NCBI GenBank assembly: GCA_031409275.1
Contig: JANNXA010000014.1
Span: 128,001-192,000 of the forward strand
Reading direction: 5' to 3'
DNA from: Planctomycetota bacterium
GTDB lineage: Bacteria; Planctomycetota; B15-G4; SIAN01
DNA: 64,000 nucleotides
Shown here piece by piece: positions 40,818-50,311 of this stretch. The stretch's first letter is position 1. Each line of letters starts with the position of its first letter. A program made the translations under genes and the position numbers. The notes under the pieces were generated by a model, which saw nothing but the letters and a program-made list of their open reading frames with translations, did no database searches and was not told the origin of the DNA.

Positions 40818-40855
40818 GAAACGAAAACGGCCGCCGGAGGGGTCTCCGACGGCCG
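40818..40855 (-). terminator. rho-independent terminator of tRNA-Gln
   Basis: On the minus strand, CGGCCGTCGGAG-ACCC-CTCCGGCGGCCG followed by TTTTCGTTT, 10 nt after the tRNA CCA. Confidence 0.85.
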
Positions 40856-40865
40856 AGGTTGCGCG

Positions 40866-40940
40866 TGGCTGCCCGACTAGGACTCGAACCTAGACTTACG
40901 GAGTCAGAGTCCGCTGTCCTACCAATTAGACGATCGGGCA
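40866..40940 (-). tRNA. tRNA-Gln (anticodon CTG)
   Basis: Reverse complement TGCCCGATCGTCTAATTGGTAGGACAGCGGACTCTGACTCCGTAAGTCTAGGTTCGAGTCCTAGTCGGGCAGCCA gives a cloverleaf with T1-A72, anticodon loop CTCTGAC, GTTCGA T-loop and encoded CCA. Confidence 0.97.
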
Positions 40941-41086
40941 ATGCACGAACGACAGACACGAACGCCGGCTGCGTCTTGCGGACCACGGCACGGTTGCCGT
41001 CCAAGATCGGCCAGCGGCGCCGTCTGACTTCAGCGCCCGGTTCCGGTCTGAAACGGGCGTCGGAGCATATCGGCGCTTCCGGCGCC

Positions 41087-42322
41087 TCACAACGGGCCGG
41101 CCGCCCCAGCCAGCCGCCAGCTGCCGGCCCCGCGAAAGCTCCCCTCCGAGCCGTCGACCTCGATCGTCTGTCCGGTGAGCGGGCTCTCGTAGAGGAACCG
41201 CTCGCCGCGCCGCTCGCGCAGGTACGGGCCATCCGCCTGCACTTTGCCGCCGCCGCCCGGCAGATCGACCGTGAGGCGCGGGATGGCGAGCCCGCTCACC
41301 TTGCCTTGAAGCGAAGCGATCAGGTCGATGCCGCGCGCCAGGCCGACGCGCAGGTGACGCACGCCCCGCACCGGATCGCAATGGTGCAGGTAGTAGGCGC
41401 GCAGCCCCGCCCGCAGCAACGCTCGCGACAGGTCGAGCAGGTCGCCCGGCACATCGTTGATACCGCGCAGCAGGACGCCTTGATTGCTGACCACGACGCC
41501 CGCGCCGGCAAGCCGCCGCACCGCCGTCGCCGCTTCCGCCGTCACTTCACGCGCATGGTTGAAGTGGGTGTTGAGCCAGAGCGGCGCGGCCGGCGCGAGC
41601 TCGCGCAGCAGTTCGTCGTCGATGCGCATCGGCAACGTGACCGGCACCCGGCTGCCGAGCCGCAGCAGGTCGAGATCGCACCGCTCGCGCAGCGCGCGCA
41701 CCACCTTGCCGACGTAGCTCGGCGGCAGGTTCAACGGGTCGCCGCCCGAAAGGAGCACGTCGCGGATCGCAGGGCGCGAAGCGATGGCGGCGACACCCGC
41801 CTCGATCTGATCGTCGCTCAATCGAGTGAATCCGCCCTCCCACTCGCGCCGTCGCATGCAATGGCGGCAGAGCGTCGAGCAGAAGTTGGTCAGCAGGAAG
41901 AGCGCGCGATCGGGGTAGCGGTTGACCACCCCCTTCGCGATCTCGAGCTCCTCTTCGAGGAACGGATCGGGCACTCCGCTCGCCTGCGCTGCGCCCTCCT
42001 GCTCGGCCGGATCGGGCAGCACCTGCGGCAGGATCGGATCGCGCGGATCATCGGGTCGCGCGAGCGCGAGATAGCACGGCGTGACCGAGACCTCGCTCGC
42101 TGCACCCGCCTGTTCGAGCGCCACCCGCATCGCGGGCGCGACCGGAAAGTCGGCGCCCAGCAGATCGAGCAACGCACCGACGTTCGTCACGCGATGGGCA
42201 AGCTGCCAGCGCCAGTCGTGCCACTCGCCCGACGCGAGCGCGCCCCCCCACGCGCGTTGCGCGAAGGGCGGGAGCGGCAGAGTCGACGGGAGCAGCGGTG
42301 GCGCGGCCATGCGGCGCGGCAT
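41087..42322 (-). CDS. KamA family radical SAM protein (lysine 2,3-aminomutase-like)
   Basis: WHDWRWQL, RYPDRAL, CSTLCRHCMRR, LLSGGDPL, THFNH, NQGVLLRGIND, PLP-Lys motif DLPGGGGK. Alternative start at 42310. Confidence 0.92.
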   Translation of the reverse strand: MPRRMAAPPLLPSTLPLPPFAQRAWGGALASGEWHDWRWQLAHRVTNVGALLDLLGADFPVAPAMRVALEQAGAASEVSVTPCYLALARPDDPRDPILPQVLPDPAEQEGAAQASGVPDPFLEEELEIAKGVVNRYPDRALFLLTNFCSTLCRHCMRRREWEGGFTRLSDDQIEAGVAAIASRPAIRDVLLSGGDPLNLPPSYVGKVVRALRERCDLDLLRLGSRVPVTLPMRIDDELLRELAPAAPLWLNTHFNHAREVTAEAATAVRRLAGAGVVVSNQGVLLRGINDVPGDLLDLSRALLRAGLRAYYLHHCDPVRGVRHLRVGLARGIDLIASLQGKVSGLAIPRLTVDLPGGGGKVQADGPYLRERRGERFLYESPLTGQTIEVDGSEGSFRGAGSWRLAGAAGPL

Positions 42323-42352
42323 CGTAGGCGAGCCACGCCGCTGCCGCGCGAG

Positions 42353-44164
42353 CTACTTGGCGGCGCCGCCGTCCGCGGCGAGGTAGAGCGAGAACTTCAC
42401 CCACGCCTCACCGCGGCGCGCGACGAAGGCGAGCCGACCGTGATTGCGTGCGCCGAACTCCTGCATCACCTGCGCCACGCTCGAAGTCATCGCGCGGGCG
42501 TCGGCGGCGATCAGCACGTCGCCCGCGAGCGGAGTCGAGACGTCGAGTTTCGCCAGCTCCGCTTGGATCTGCCGCCCTTCGTTCATGTCGCTCGGGCAGC
42601 CGGGGTAGACCACCGACAGGTCGGGGAACGCCGCCGCGAGCGCCGCAGTCGAACGCGCCGACGGCGCGAAAGCGAACTTCGATCCCCAGTAGTGGAAGAG
42701 CGGCGCCCCCGGGCGCGCCGCCGCGCGTGCCGCCGCCACGAGTTCGACCATCGCTTCGGGAGATGAAGCGCGAACCCCATCGACCCTCGCGCCGAACCCG
42801 TCGCTCGTTGGCGAATTCACGTAGACCTCGATCCGCGAGCCCTGCGAGGGCCGCGGATCGTCCGAGAGCTCGATCGGGGCCGGCACGGCGAAGCCGCGCC
42901 CATCGTCCGGTACCGCGAACCGGATCGGCGCCGCGATCCGACTGTCAGCCCCCACCACCACCAGCAGCGCGACGCCGCCGCGCGTCAGCTCGATCCCGCC
43001 GGCCGGCACGCTCGGCAGCTCGACCCCACTCGCGGTGATCGCCTCGATCAGCGCTCGTTCCCCCGCCACCGCTGCATCGGCGGCCGCCGCGCCGCCGCTC
43101 TCTTGCGTCGAGCTCGCCGCGCCGCACGCGACCACGGCGAGCAGCAGCGCCGCCGCCGCGACGCGCGCGAATCGGGGCGAACGCAGCGACGACGCGCGCC
43201 CGTGCAGCAGCCGCTCGATCCGCTCGCGCAGCCGCCGCGCCGAACTCGACAGCGCGACCGCCGGCAGCGGCGCATCGCGATCGCACGCGTGTTCAGCGAC
43301 TTCGATCAAGCTCTTCGTGTAGTCCATGGCAGGAATGGCTCCTTCGAGGAGGACCGCTTCGTCGACGGCGAGCTCGCGTTCGCGCGCCAGTCGCGCGGCG
43401 GCGTGCCAGACGCAGGGATGAAACCAAAGCAGCGTGCGCGCGACGGTCGCGAGCGCCGCCATCCACGGATCGCGCCGCCGCAGGTGGAGCAGCTCGTGGA
43501 CGAAGATCGGCGCGAGGTCGAGCGGTCGCGGCGCCGGCGAAGCGGCGCACCCCATCGCCGCGTCCTCGACGACCAGTGCCGCGGAAAGCAGCAATACCGG
43601 CCGGGTGAGCCCGATCACGCCCGGCGAGGCGATCGCGTCGACCAGCCGCAGCTGCGGCGGCGCGACGCGCAGTTGCCGCGCCAGCGATGCGAACTGCCGC
43701 AAGACTGCCGCTGGAGCGAGTCGACCGCGCCGCGCCAGCGCCCGCCGCCGCCACGCACGCCTCACTTCGACGCCGGCCAACAGCAGCGCGCCGAACAGCC
43801 CGAGCGGCGCCACTGCGGCGAACGGCTGCCCCCAGGATGCGTTCGCCGAACCACCGCTGCGCAGTGCTGCATTGCGCGCCGTGGCGGTCGCGTCGTCACG
43901 CGATTCGCCTCCGCCTTGCGCGGCGCCGTCGAGCACCAACATCCACCGCCCGCGCCACGACTCCGCTTCACCGCCGCCGCGCGCTGCAACCCATCCGACG
44001 AAGGTCCGCCCGAAGGCCGCGATCGGTGGCACGAACGGCACCAGCAGCACGCCGAGCCAGAGCGCGTGGCGCAGCGTCGCGCTCCTCTTGCGCAGGAGCC
44101 ACGCCAGCGCCATCGCTACCGCCCATGCCGCCGTGACTCGCGCGCAGAGATCGAGCGCGCTCAC
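42353..44164 (-). CDS. M56 family (BlaR1/MecR1-like) membrane metallopeptidase with uncharacterised extracytoplasmic domain
   Basis: SATLRHALW, SPGVIGLTRP, HELLHLRRRD, WFHP, RELAVDE, RLRERI. GTGA overlap with blaI. Confidence 0.92.
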   Translation of the reverse strand: MSALDLCARVTAAWAVAMALAWLLRKRSATLRHALWLGVLLVPFVPPIAAFGRTFVGWVAARGGGEAESWRGRWMLVLDGAAQGGGESRDDATATARNAALRSGGSANASWGQPFAAVAPLGLFGALLLAGVEVRRAWRRRALARRGRLAPAAVLRQFASLARQLRVAPPQLRLVDAIASPGVIGLTRPVLLLSAALVVEDAAMGCAASPAPRPLDLAPIFVHELLHLRRRDPWMAALATVARTLLWFHPCVWHAAARLARERELAVDEAVLLEGAIPAMDYTKSLIEVAEHACDRDAPLPAVALSSSARRLRERIERLLHGRASSLRSPRFARVAAAALLLAVVACGAASSTQESGGAAAADAAVAGERALIEAITASGVELPSVPAGGIELTRGGVALLVVVGADSRIAAPIRFAVPDDGRGFAVPAPIELSDDPRPSQGSRIEVYVNSPTSDGFGARVDGVRASSPEAMVELVAAARAAARPGAPLFHYWGSKFAFAPSARSTAALAAAFPDLSVVYPGCPSDMNEGRQIQAELAKLDVSTPLAGDVLIAADARAMTSSVAQVMQEFGARNHGRLAFVARRGEAWVKFSLYLAADGGAAK

Positions 44165-44541
44165 GTTTGGCCGCCCCGCTCGAGCAGCGCGCGCAGCTTC
44201 ACGACGTCGGCCGCCGAGAGCCGGCGCGCGTCGGCGATGTAGCCGACGAGCGGCTCGAGCGAGTCGTCGAGCACGCGATCGAGGAAGCTGCCGATCGCGC
44301 GTGGCAGCAGTTCCTCGCGTCTCCTCGCCGCGACGTAGCGGCGCACGCCCGAGCGGTCGCTCGACTTGAGCAGCCCCTTCGCCTCCATCCGCTCGAGCAG
44401 CGTCTTCACCGTCGTACGCGCCCAGCCGGTCGCATTTGCGACCTCGGCGTGGACCTCCCGTACCGTGCCGCCGCCGAGCCGCCACAGCGCGCGCAGCAGC
44501 GTCCATTCGCTTGGACCGAGTTCGGGCGGTTTCGGGGCCAT
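44161..44541 (-). CDS. BlaI/MecI/CopY family transcriptional repressor
   Basis: LGPSEWTLLRALW, TVREV, WARTTVKTLLERMEAKG, FLDRV, LSAADV. Confidence 0.94.
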   Translation of the reverse strand: MAPKPPELGPSEWTLLRALWRLGGGTVREVHAEVANATGWARTTVKTLLERMEAKGLLKSSDRSGVRRYVAARRREELLPRAIGSFLDRVLDDSLEPLVGYIADARRLSAADVVKLRALLERGGQT

Positions 44542-44614
44542 CGGACGCTCCGGGTCGCGGGAGGGGTGGCGCCCGCGAATCGCTTCGGGGGGGAGCGCAC
44601 GACCAGCCGTTCTG

Positions 44615-44628
44615 GCGACAGTTGTAGC
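44615..44628. promoter_or_regulatory. BlaI/CopY-type operator
   Basis: Imperfect palindrome GC-GACA-GT-TGTA-GC (minus strand TACAacTGTC), one mismatch from TACA-N2-TGTA; next to a minus-strand TTGATG -35-like hexamer at 44631-44636. Confidence 0.75.
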
Positions 44629-44723
44629 CACATCAACGGCGCCGGCAACCGCCGGTTCACGGCCGCGCTATCGTCCTGACCTCTCCCGGAGCAGCGTCTG
44701 CCCCGCCTCGCCCGGAGTTTCCC

Positions 44724-47700
44724 ATGCCGCGTCGCTCGCTCACGCTCGCCCTCCCCGCGCTCCTGCTGCTCACGCTCGCGCTCACACTGTGGCGCACGCT
44801 GGCAGGCGACGGCGCGCGCGTCGTCGCTCCGAAGGCGCAATCGCCCGCCGCTTCGGCGCCGGAGCACGCCGCCGTCGCCGCGGCGAGCGACGCCGAAGTC
44901 GGTGCCGACCGCGCGCTCGCGCCGTCGGCGAGCGATCGGCCGTCGATCGCGGTCGCCCCCGGCCGAGCGCTGCTGCACGGCTTCGTCGCCGATCGAGCCG
45001 GATTGGTCGTCGCCAACGCGACCCTCTGGTTTGGCGAGCCGGGCGGGCGGGCCGAGCGCACGCCGGGCACTCGCTACACGATCGAGGGCGGCGAATACGC
45101 GCTGGCCTCGCTGCCGGCCGCCATCGTGCCGTTCCGGATCGAGTCCGAAGGCTTCGCGACTCTCGAGCTCGCGCTCGACCTGCGCGCCGGCGGCGTGCTC
45201 CGCCACGACTTCCTGCTCGATCGCCCCGCCTCTCTCACGATCCAGCTGGTCCGGCCCGATGGAGAGCCCTGGTCGCTCGACGGGGTTCCGTTGGCGGCCG
45301 CCACCGGGCTCGCCCACAGCGAGGAGGAGCGACGGCTCGCCGCGTTCGCGAGCGGCGTCGGAGTCATCGCGACCGAGGAGCCGCCACCGGCGCGCTTCTC
45401 GCCAACGCCGGGGAGCCGAGCCGAGCCGCATGGCATCGGAGCGTTCCGGCGCGCCGACGAGCAGGCGCCCCGCCGCAGTGCCGCGTCAGCGATCCCGAGC
45501 GGCGCGTTCGGTGTGCTCGAGACGCCGCGACTGCCGGTCGAGGTGAGCCTCCTCTTCATGCACGAGGTCGTCGCGACGCAGCGGGTGACCACCGGCGACG
45601 CGCCGGTCCGCTTCGTGATCGACGCGACGCAGCTCACGCGCTTCTTCGGCGAGGTGCGCGGGCGAGTGATCGACGCGGTGACGGGCGAACCGATCGCCGG
45701 CGCGGCGTTCCTGCTCAACGACGCGCAGACTTTCCGACAGGGCGGGAACAGCAGCGCGGACGGCCGTTTCGCCTTCACGCTGGAGAAGCCGGGCTGGCGA
45801 ACGGTGCAGGTCGAAATGCCGGGCCGCGCGCGCTGGCAGCGTGCGGTGCTGGTGGAGGCGGGCCGAGTGACCGACCTCGGTGACCTCGCGCTCGACGTCA
45901 GCCTCACCTTGCGCGGCACGCTCGCCGACGGCGAAGGGCGGCCGCTCGGCGCGCGCTTGCACGCGTGGCCGCTCGACGGCCAGACGCTCGGCGCCCCGTT
46001 CGGCGCGAACTACTACTGGGGCGTCGAAAAGCCGGGCACGTTCGAGATCGACGGTCTCGGGAAGGGGCGCTACGTGGTCGGCGCCCACTGCGACGACGAC
46101 CCGACGCTGCAGGCACGCGCGATCGTCGACCTGCGGTCGGGCAGCGCGCCATTGCTGCCGCTGGTGTTGACCGCCGCGACGGCCGTCGAGCTCGATGCCG
46201 GACTCGCGCCGGGGCGCCTCGTCGTCTCGTCGCTGCAGCGAAGTGACGGCGTCCTCGAGCTGGCGTCGTTCGAGCGCACCGATCACCGCTTCCGCGCGCG
46301 CCTGCTGCCCGGATCGTGGTGCTGGACGCTTCACGAAGAGGGGCGCGAGCTGCGGCGCGTCACCTTCGAGCTCGGAAGCCGGCCGCTGCGGATCACGTTC
46401 GCCCAAGGGGCCGCCGATGCGACGGTCGCTGAAATCGGCGGCGCCAGCGACACCGCGAACGGCGGAAGCGACGCGGTCGAGAGCGACTTGCCCACGCTGC
46501 TGCCGACGGCGTTCCCCGGGCTCGTGCGCGGAGTGCTGCTCGTCGGCGTCGTGCAGGACGGAGTGGGCGCGCCGATCGCGGGAGCGCGGGTCGGCGCCAC
46601 GCCACTCGACGGGCCGGTGCGCTACGGCCGATCGGGGAGCGACGGGCAGTTCGCGATCGCGGGACTCGCCGCGGGCCGCTTCGATCTCCGCGCGCGCGCC
46701 GAAGGCTGCGTGTCCGGAGTCGAGCAGGTCGAGCTCGCCGCCGGTCGGGCGCCGCCGACCGTCGTGATGACGCTCCAGCGCGCAACCCCGATCGAGGTCT
46801 TCCTCGAGGACGAGACGGGCGCTCCGCTCACCCGCGCCTTCGAGCAGCGCTTCCCCCACTCGCGGCTCGCGCAGGAGGTGCGTGTGATCGCGACCCTCGA
46901 TGCGCCGGGAGAATCGGTGGTCCGCTCGACGCGCGGGGTCGGCCAGTGGCGACCGAACTGGAGCGGCGGCCCGGGGACGCTCGAGCTGAGCGTGCCGCCC
47001 CCCCTCTTCATCAGCGCGCTCCATGCGGGGCGCGTGCTGGCGAGCGCCGAGCTGGCCGACGGCGAGACGGCGATTCACCTCCGCGTGCGCGCCGCGGAGT
47101 TCGACGCCGCTCGCGCGACGCTGCGCTTCCGCCTGGTCGACGCCGACACCGGCGCCGTGGTGATGCGCGCCTTCGCCGGCCTGACTGGCTTGAACGGCGG
47201 CATGCATGGCGAGCCGCGCGATCTCCCCGAGTCGAGCGGCGGCGTGATCACGCTCGCCGAGGAACAGGCGGGCCGACGCAACCTCTCGATCGCGCTCGAC
47301 GGCGGAGTCCTCTTCAACCTCGTCGTCGAGCTGCCGCCCGGCCAGACCGTCGACCTCGGCGACTTGCCCGTCCGCTCGCCGACGTCGTTGCATGGCACCA
47401 TCGTCGATGAGCGGGGGGCGCCGCTCGCCGTCGCGCTGCGCATCGTCCATCTCGACCTCGATGGGCAGCCGACCTTGGAGGGCACCGTCCACGAGGTGGA
47501 GGCCGATGGCGACGGCCGCTTCGAGTTCGCCACGGCACTGCCCCGCGTGCGCCTGCAACCGTCGCAGGGGGATTACGCGCTCGACCCGGCGATCGTCGAT
47601 GTCGCCGCGGCAGCGGCGGCAGGGGGCGAGGTGCAGGTCGTCCTCCGGCGCGGGATCGCCGTCGCGCTGCGTCCCGGTCGGGCCGACGAGGCGTGCGAGG

Positions 47701-47876
47701 TGACGCTGCTTCGCAATGGCGAACTGCTGCGCCGTACGCTGCTGTCGCCCGGCGACGCGATGCGCGCGCGGCTCGTCGCCGGCGACTACCAGGCGACCAT
47801 CGCGTACGAGGGCACCGAGCCGATCGAGAAGCGCTTCCGGGTCGGCGCGACCGCGCTCGAGGTGGCGCTGCCGTAG
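44724..47876 (+). CDS. membrane-anchored protein with multiple carboxypeptidase-regulatory-like (transthyretin/Ig-like) domains
   Basis: N-terminal TM segment; recurring GxVxDxxGxP(I/L)xxA and GxFxxxxLxxGx(Y/F) units. Confidence 0.82.
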   Translation: MPRRSLTLALPALLLLTLALTLWRTLAGDGARVVAPKAQSPAASAPEHAAVAAASDAEVGADRALAPSASDRPSIAVAPGRALLHGFVADRAGLVVANATLWFGEPGGRAERTPGTRYTIEGGEYALASLPAAIVPFRIESEGFATLELALDLRAGGVLRHDFLLDRPASLTIQLVRPDGEPWSLDGVPLAAATGLAHSEEERRLAAFASGVGVIATEEPPPARFSPTPGSRAEPHGIGAFRRADEQAPRRSAASAIPSGAFGVLETPRLPVEVSLLFMHEVVATQRVTTGDAPVRFVIDATQLTRFFGEVRGRVIDAVTGEPIAGAAFLLNDAQTFRQGGNSSADGRFAFTLEKPGWRTVQVEMPGRARWQRAVLVEAGRVTDLGDLALDVSLTLRGTLADGEGRPLGARLHAWPLDGQTLGAPFGANYYWGVEKPGTFEIDGLGKGRYVVGAHCDDDPTLQARAIVDLRSGSAPLLPLVLTAATAVELDAGLAPGRLVVSSLQRSDGVLELASFERTDHRFRARLLPGSWCWTLHEEGRELRRVTFELGSRPLRITFAQGAADATVAEIGGASDTANGGSDAVESDLPTLLPTAFPGLVRGVLLVGVVQDGVGAPIAGARVGATPLDGPVRYGRSGSDGQFAIAGLAAGRFDLRARAEGCVSGVEQVELAAGRAPPTVVMTLQRATPIEVFLEDETGAPLTRAFEQRFPHSRLAQEVRVIATLDAPGESVVRSTRGVGQWRPNWSGGPGTLELSVPPPLFISALHAGRVLASAELADGETAIHLRVRAAEFDAARATLRFRLVDADTGAVVMRAFAGLTGLNGGMHGEPRDLPESSGGVITLAEEQAGRRNLSIALDGGVLFNLVVELPPGQTVDLGDLPVRSPTSLHGTIVDERGAPLAVALRIVHLDLDGQPTLEGTVHEVEADGDGRFEFATALPRVRLQPSQGDYALDPAIVDVAAAAAAGGEVQVVLRRGIAVALRPGRADEACEVTLLRNGELLRRTLLSPGDAMRARLVAGDYQATIAYEGTEPIEKRFRVGATALEVALP

Positions 47877-47944
47877 TCTGGACCGATCGGGCTGCGGACG
47901 CGCTTCGTCGCGAGGCTGTCCGCAGCGGCGGTTCGGAGGGCGCC

Positions 47945-50218
47945 ATGACCGGACGCGATTCGCTCGGCATCCTTCGCGACCACTCCACGCGCCCTCGGCT
48001 GAAGCGGGCGCGCACCCTCGGAGGGCTTGCGCTCCTGCTCGTCGGACAGGTAGCAGCCACGCCGCGGCACGCACTGCACGCTCGCCTCGACGACGAATCG
48101 AAACCGCCGCTGCACTGGTTCGTCGCGCCCGATGGCAACGACTCAGCCGATGGCCGGGCGCTGCGCGCGGACGGCGGACACGCACCGTTCAAGACGTTGC
48201 GGCGCGCATTCGATGCGGTCCGAGCGGCGAAGGTCGCGAACGGGGGCAGCCTGCCGAGCATCGCGACGATCGAGCTCGCCCCTGCGCTCCACTTCCTCGA
48301 CGCGCCGCTGCGGCTCGGCGCGGACGACTCCGGCGGCGGGTTCGGTGATCACGGCCACATCGTCGTTCGCACCGCGGAGACGAGCGCGCCGGACGCCGCG
48401 GCGCACGCGCCCCATGCCGTCGTGAGCGGTGGACAACGAATCGACGGTTGGCGCCGCGAGAAGAGCGGCGAACGCGACTGCTTCGTCGCGACGGTCGCTC
48501 CGCTCGCCGCGCACGGATCCCCCTTCCGCGAACTCTGGATCGATGGCCAGCGCCGGCCACGCGCGCGCCATCCCGATCACGGCTACCTCGCCGTCGCAGC
48601 GATCGACACCGTGGATGCGGCGAAGCCGTGGAACGCGCCGATCGCCGCCTTCACCGCCGCCCCGCGCGACATCGCGCCGCTCGTCGCGGCCTCGCATGCG
48701 CCGCGCCCTGATGGAACGCTCGCCGACGTCGTCGCGATGGGCCGCTGGATCGAGAACCACTGCCGCGTCGAAGCGGTGGACGCCGCGAGCGGCCGCGTCG
48801 CCCTGCGCGATCCGACGGTGTTCAAGCTCGAGGCCGACGACCTCTGGTACGCCGAAGGGGCGCGCGCCTTCCTCGATGCGCCGGGCGAGTGGTGGCTCGA
48901 CGAGGCGAAAGGCGAGCTGTGGGTCTTGCCGCTGCCGGGCGAGGAACTCGCGCAGTGCGAAGTGATCGCGCCCCGCCTCACCCACCTGATGGAGATCACG
49001 GGCGATCGGAAGGGCGAGCGCGACGTCGCGGAGGTGAGCTTCGAGGAAGTCGACTTCGCCCACTGCGAGTGGTGGTTCGCCCCGCCGACGACGCCAGGCG
49101 GGCCGCGCGCGAGCGGTTTCCCGCAAGCGGCCGTAGGCGTGCCGGCCGCGATCCGGCTCGAAGGAGCCAGGTACGTCAGCTTCAAGCACTGCACGATCGC
49201 CCACATCGGCGCCTACGCGCTCTCGATCGAACGCGGCAGCGTCAACGTGATCATCGACGGCTGCGACTTCGCCGATCTCGGCGGCGGCGGCGTGAAGCTC
49301 GGGACGACGACGCTCGATCCGGAAGCGGCTGGGCTCGGCAGCAGCTTCGCCACGATCGAGCGGTGCGGCATCGTCGACGGCGGGCGCCTCTTCCACAGTG
49401 CGGTTGGAATCTGGGGCGGGCAGCACGCGCACGCCGCGATCCAGTGCAACGAGATCGCCGACTTCTACTACTCGGGGATCTCGCTCGGCTGGACCTGGGG
49501 CTATGGGCCGGCGGCAGCCGCCGGCTCGACGATCGCGCTGAACTCCATCCACCACATCGGCAAGCGTCGTGACGGCAACGGCCCGATCCTCGCCGACATG
49601 GGCGGCATCTACACGCTCGGCAACCACGACGGGACGGTGATCGAACGCAACTGGTTCCACGACATCGCCGCGCGCAAGTACGGCGGCTGGGGGATCTACT
49701 TCGACGAGAGCACCACCAGGATCGTCGCGCGCGACAACGTGGTCGAGCGCACCACCCACGGCGGTTTCCACCAGCACTACGGACGCGACAACCTCGTCGA
49801 GCGCAACCTCTTCGTCGACGGCCGCGATGCGCAAGTGCAGCGCACGCGCTTCGAGGAGCACACGAGCTTCACCTTCCGCCGCAACGTCGTGCTCTTCGAG
49901 CAAGGCGAGCTCTTCGCCGGCGACCTCACCCACGGAAACGTCGTGTTCGAAGAGAACCTCTACTGGCGGCGCGACGGTGGCGCGATCCGCTTCGCTGGCG
50001 GCAGCTTCGCCGACTGGCAGGCGCGCGGGCTCGACGCGCGATCGCGGGTGATCGACCCCGGCTTCGTCACCAGGCCGTGGAGTCGCTGGACGTTCACAGC
50101 GGATGCACCTGCCGCCTCGCTGCTCGAACGGGGCCACTTCGCCGACGACCGCGCCGCCCGCTACGTGCCGTGGGCGTCGCCGTGGTGGGATCGGAACGCC
50201 GAGCGATCGCAGCGCTGA
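47945..50218 (+). CDS. right-handed beta-helix protein, GH141-like
   Basis: WFVAPDGND, PFKTL, VSGG, ELWIDGQRRPRARHP, LDAPGEWW, YSGISLGWTWGY, DMGGIYTLG, GIYFDE. Confidence 0.8.
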   Translation: MTGRDSLGILRDHSTRPRLKRARTLGGLALLLVGQVAATPRHALHARLDDESKPPLHWFVAPDGNDSADGRALRADGGHAPFKTLRRAFDAVRAAKVANGGSLPSIATIELAPALHFLDAPLRLGADDSGGGFGDHGHIVVRTAETSAPDAAAHAPHAVVSGGQRIDGWRREKSGERDCFVATVAPLAAHGSPFRELWIDGQRRPRARHPDHGYLAVAAIDTVDAAKPWNAPIAAFTAAPRDIAPLVAASHAPRPDGTLADVVAMGRWIENHCRVEAVDAASGRVALRDPTVFKLEADDLWYAEGARAFLDAPGEWWLDEAKGELWVLPLPGEELAQCEVIAPRLTHLMEITGDRKGERDVAEVSFEEVDFAHCEWWFAPPTTPGGPRASGFPQAAVGVPAAIRLEGARYVSFKHCTIAHIGAYALSIERGSVNVIIDGCDFADLGGGGVKLGTTTLDPEAAGLGSSFATIERCGIVDGGRLFHSAVGIWGGQHAHAAIQCNEIADFYYSGISLGWTWGYGPAAAAGSTIALNSIHHIGKRRDGNGPILADMGGIYTLGNHDGTVIERNWFHDIAARKYGGWGIYFDESTTRIVARDNVVERTTHGGFHQHYGRDNLVERNLFVDGRDAQVQRTRFEEHTSFTFRRNVVLFEQGELFAGDLTHGNVVFEENLYWRRDGGAIRFAGGSFADWQARGLDARSRVIDPGFVTRPWSRWTFTADAPAASLLERGHFADDRAARYVPWASPWWDRNAERSQR

Positions 50219-50311
50219 CTCGGAACGATCGGAGCGCTACGCTCCCGCCCCCCCTCCTCGCCGGGAGCGAAACGCTCGCGGCGAGCCTCGACCCCACGGA
50301 AACGCTCCGCC

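Noticed and set aside
40866..40940. tRNA-Gln as the attachment site of an integrated island
   Set aside because: No integrase, no duplicated tRNA 3' end seen, and no composition shift in the flanks.
42353..44541. BlaI/BlaR1 pair as beta-lactam resistance
   Set aside because: No penicillin-binding sensor domain and no beta-lactamase or PBP gene nearby.
50231..50285. Paired GAGCG/CGCTC hairpins upstream of the ureohydrolase as a guanidine-II riboswitch
   Set aside because: Loops are CTA and AAA rather than ACGR, and the enzyme has agmatinase-type DAHAD/TGTP motifs. More likely a terminator or stability hairpin.
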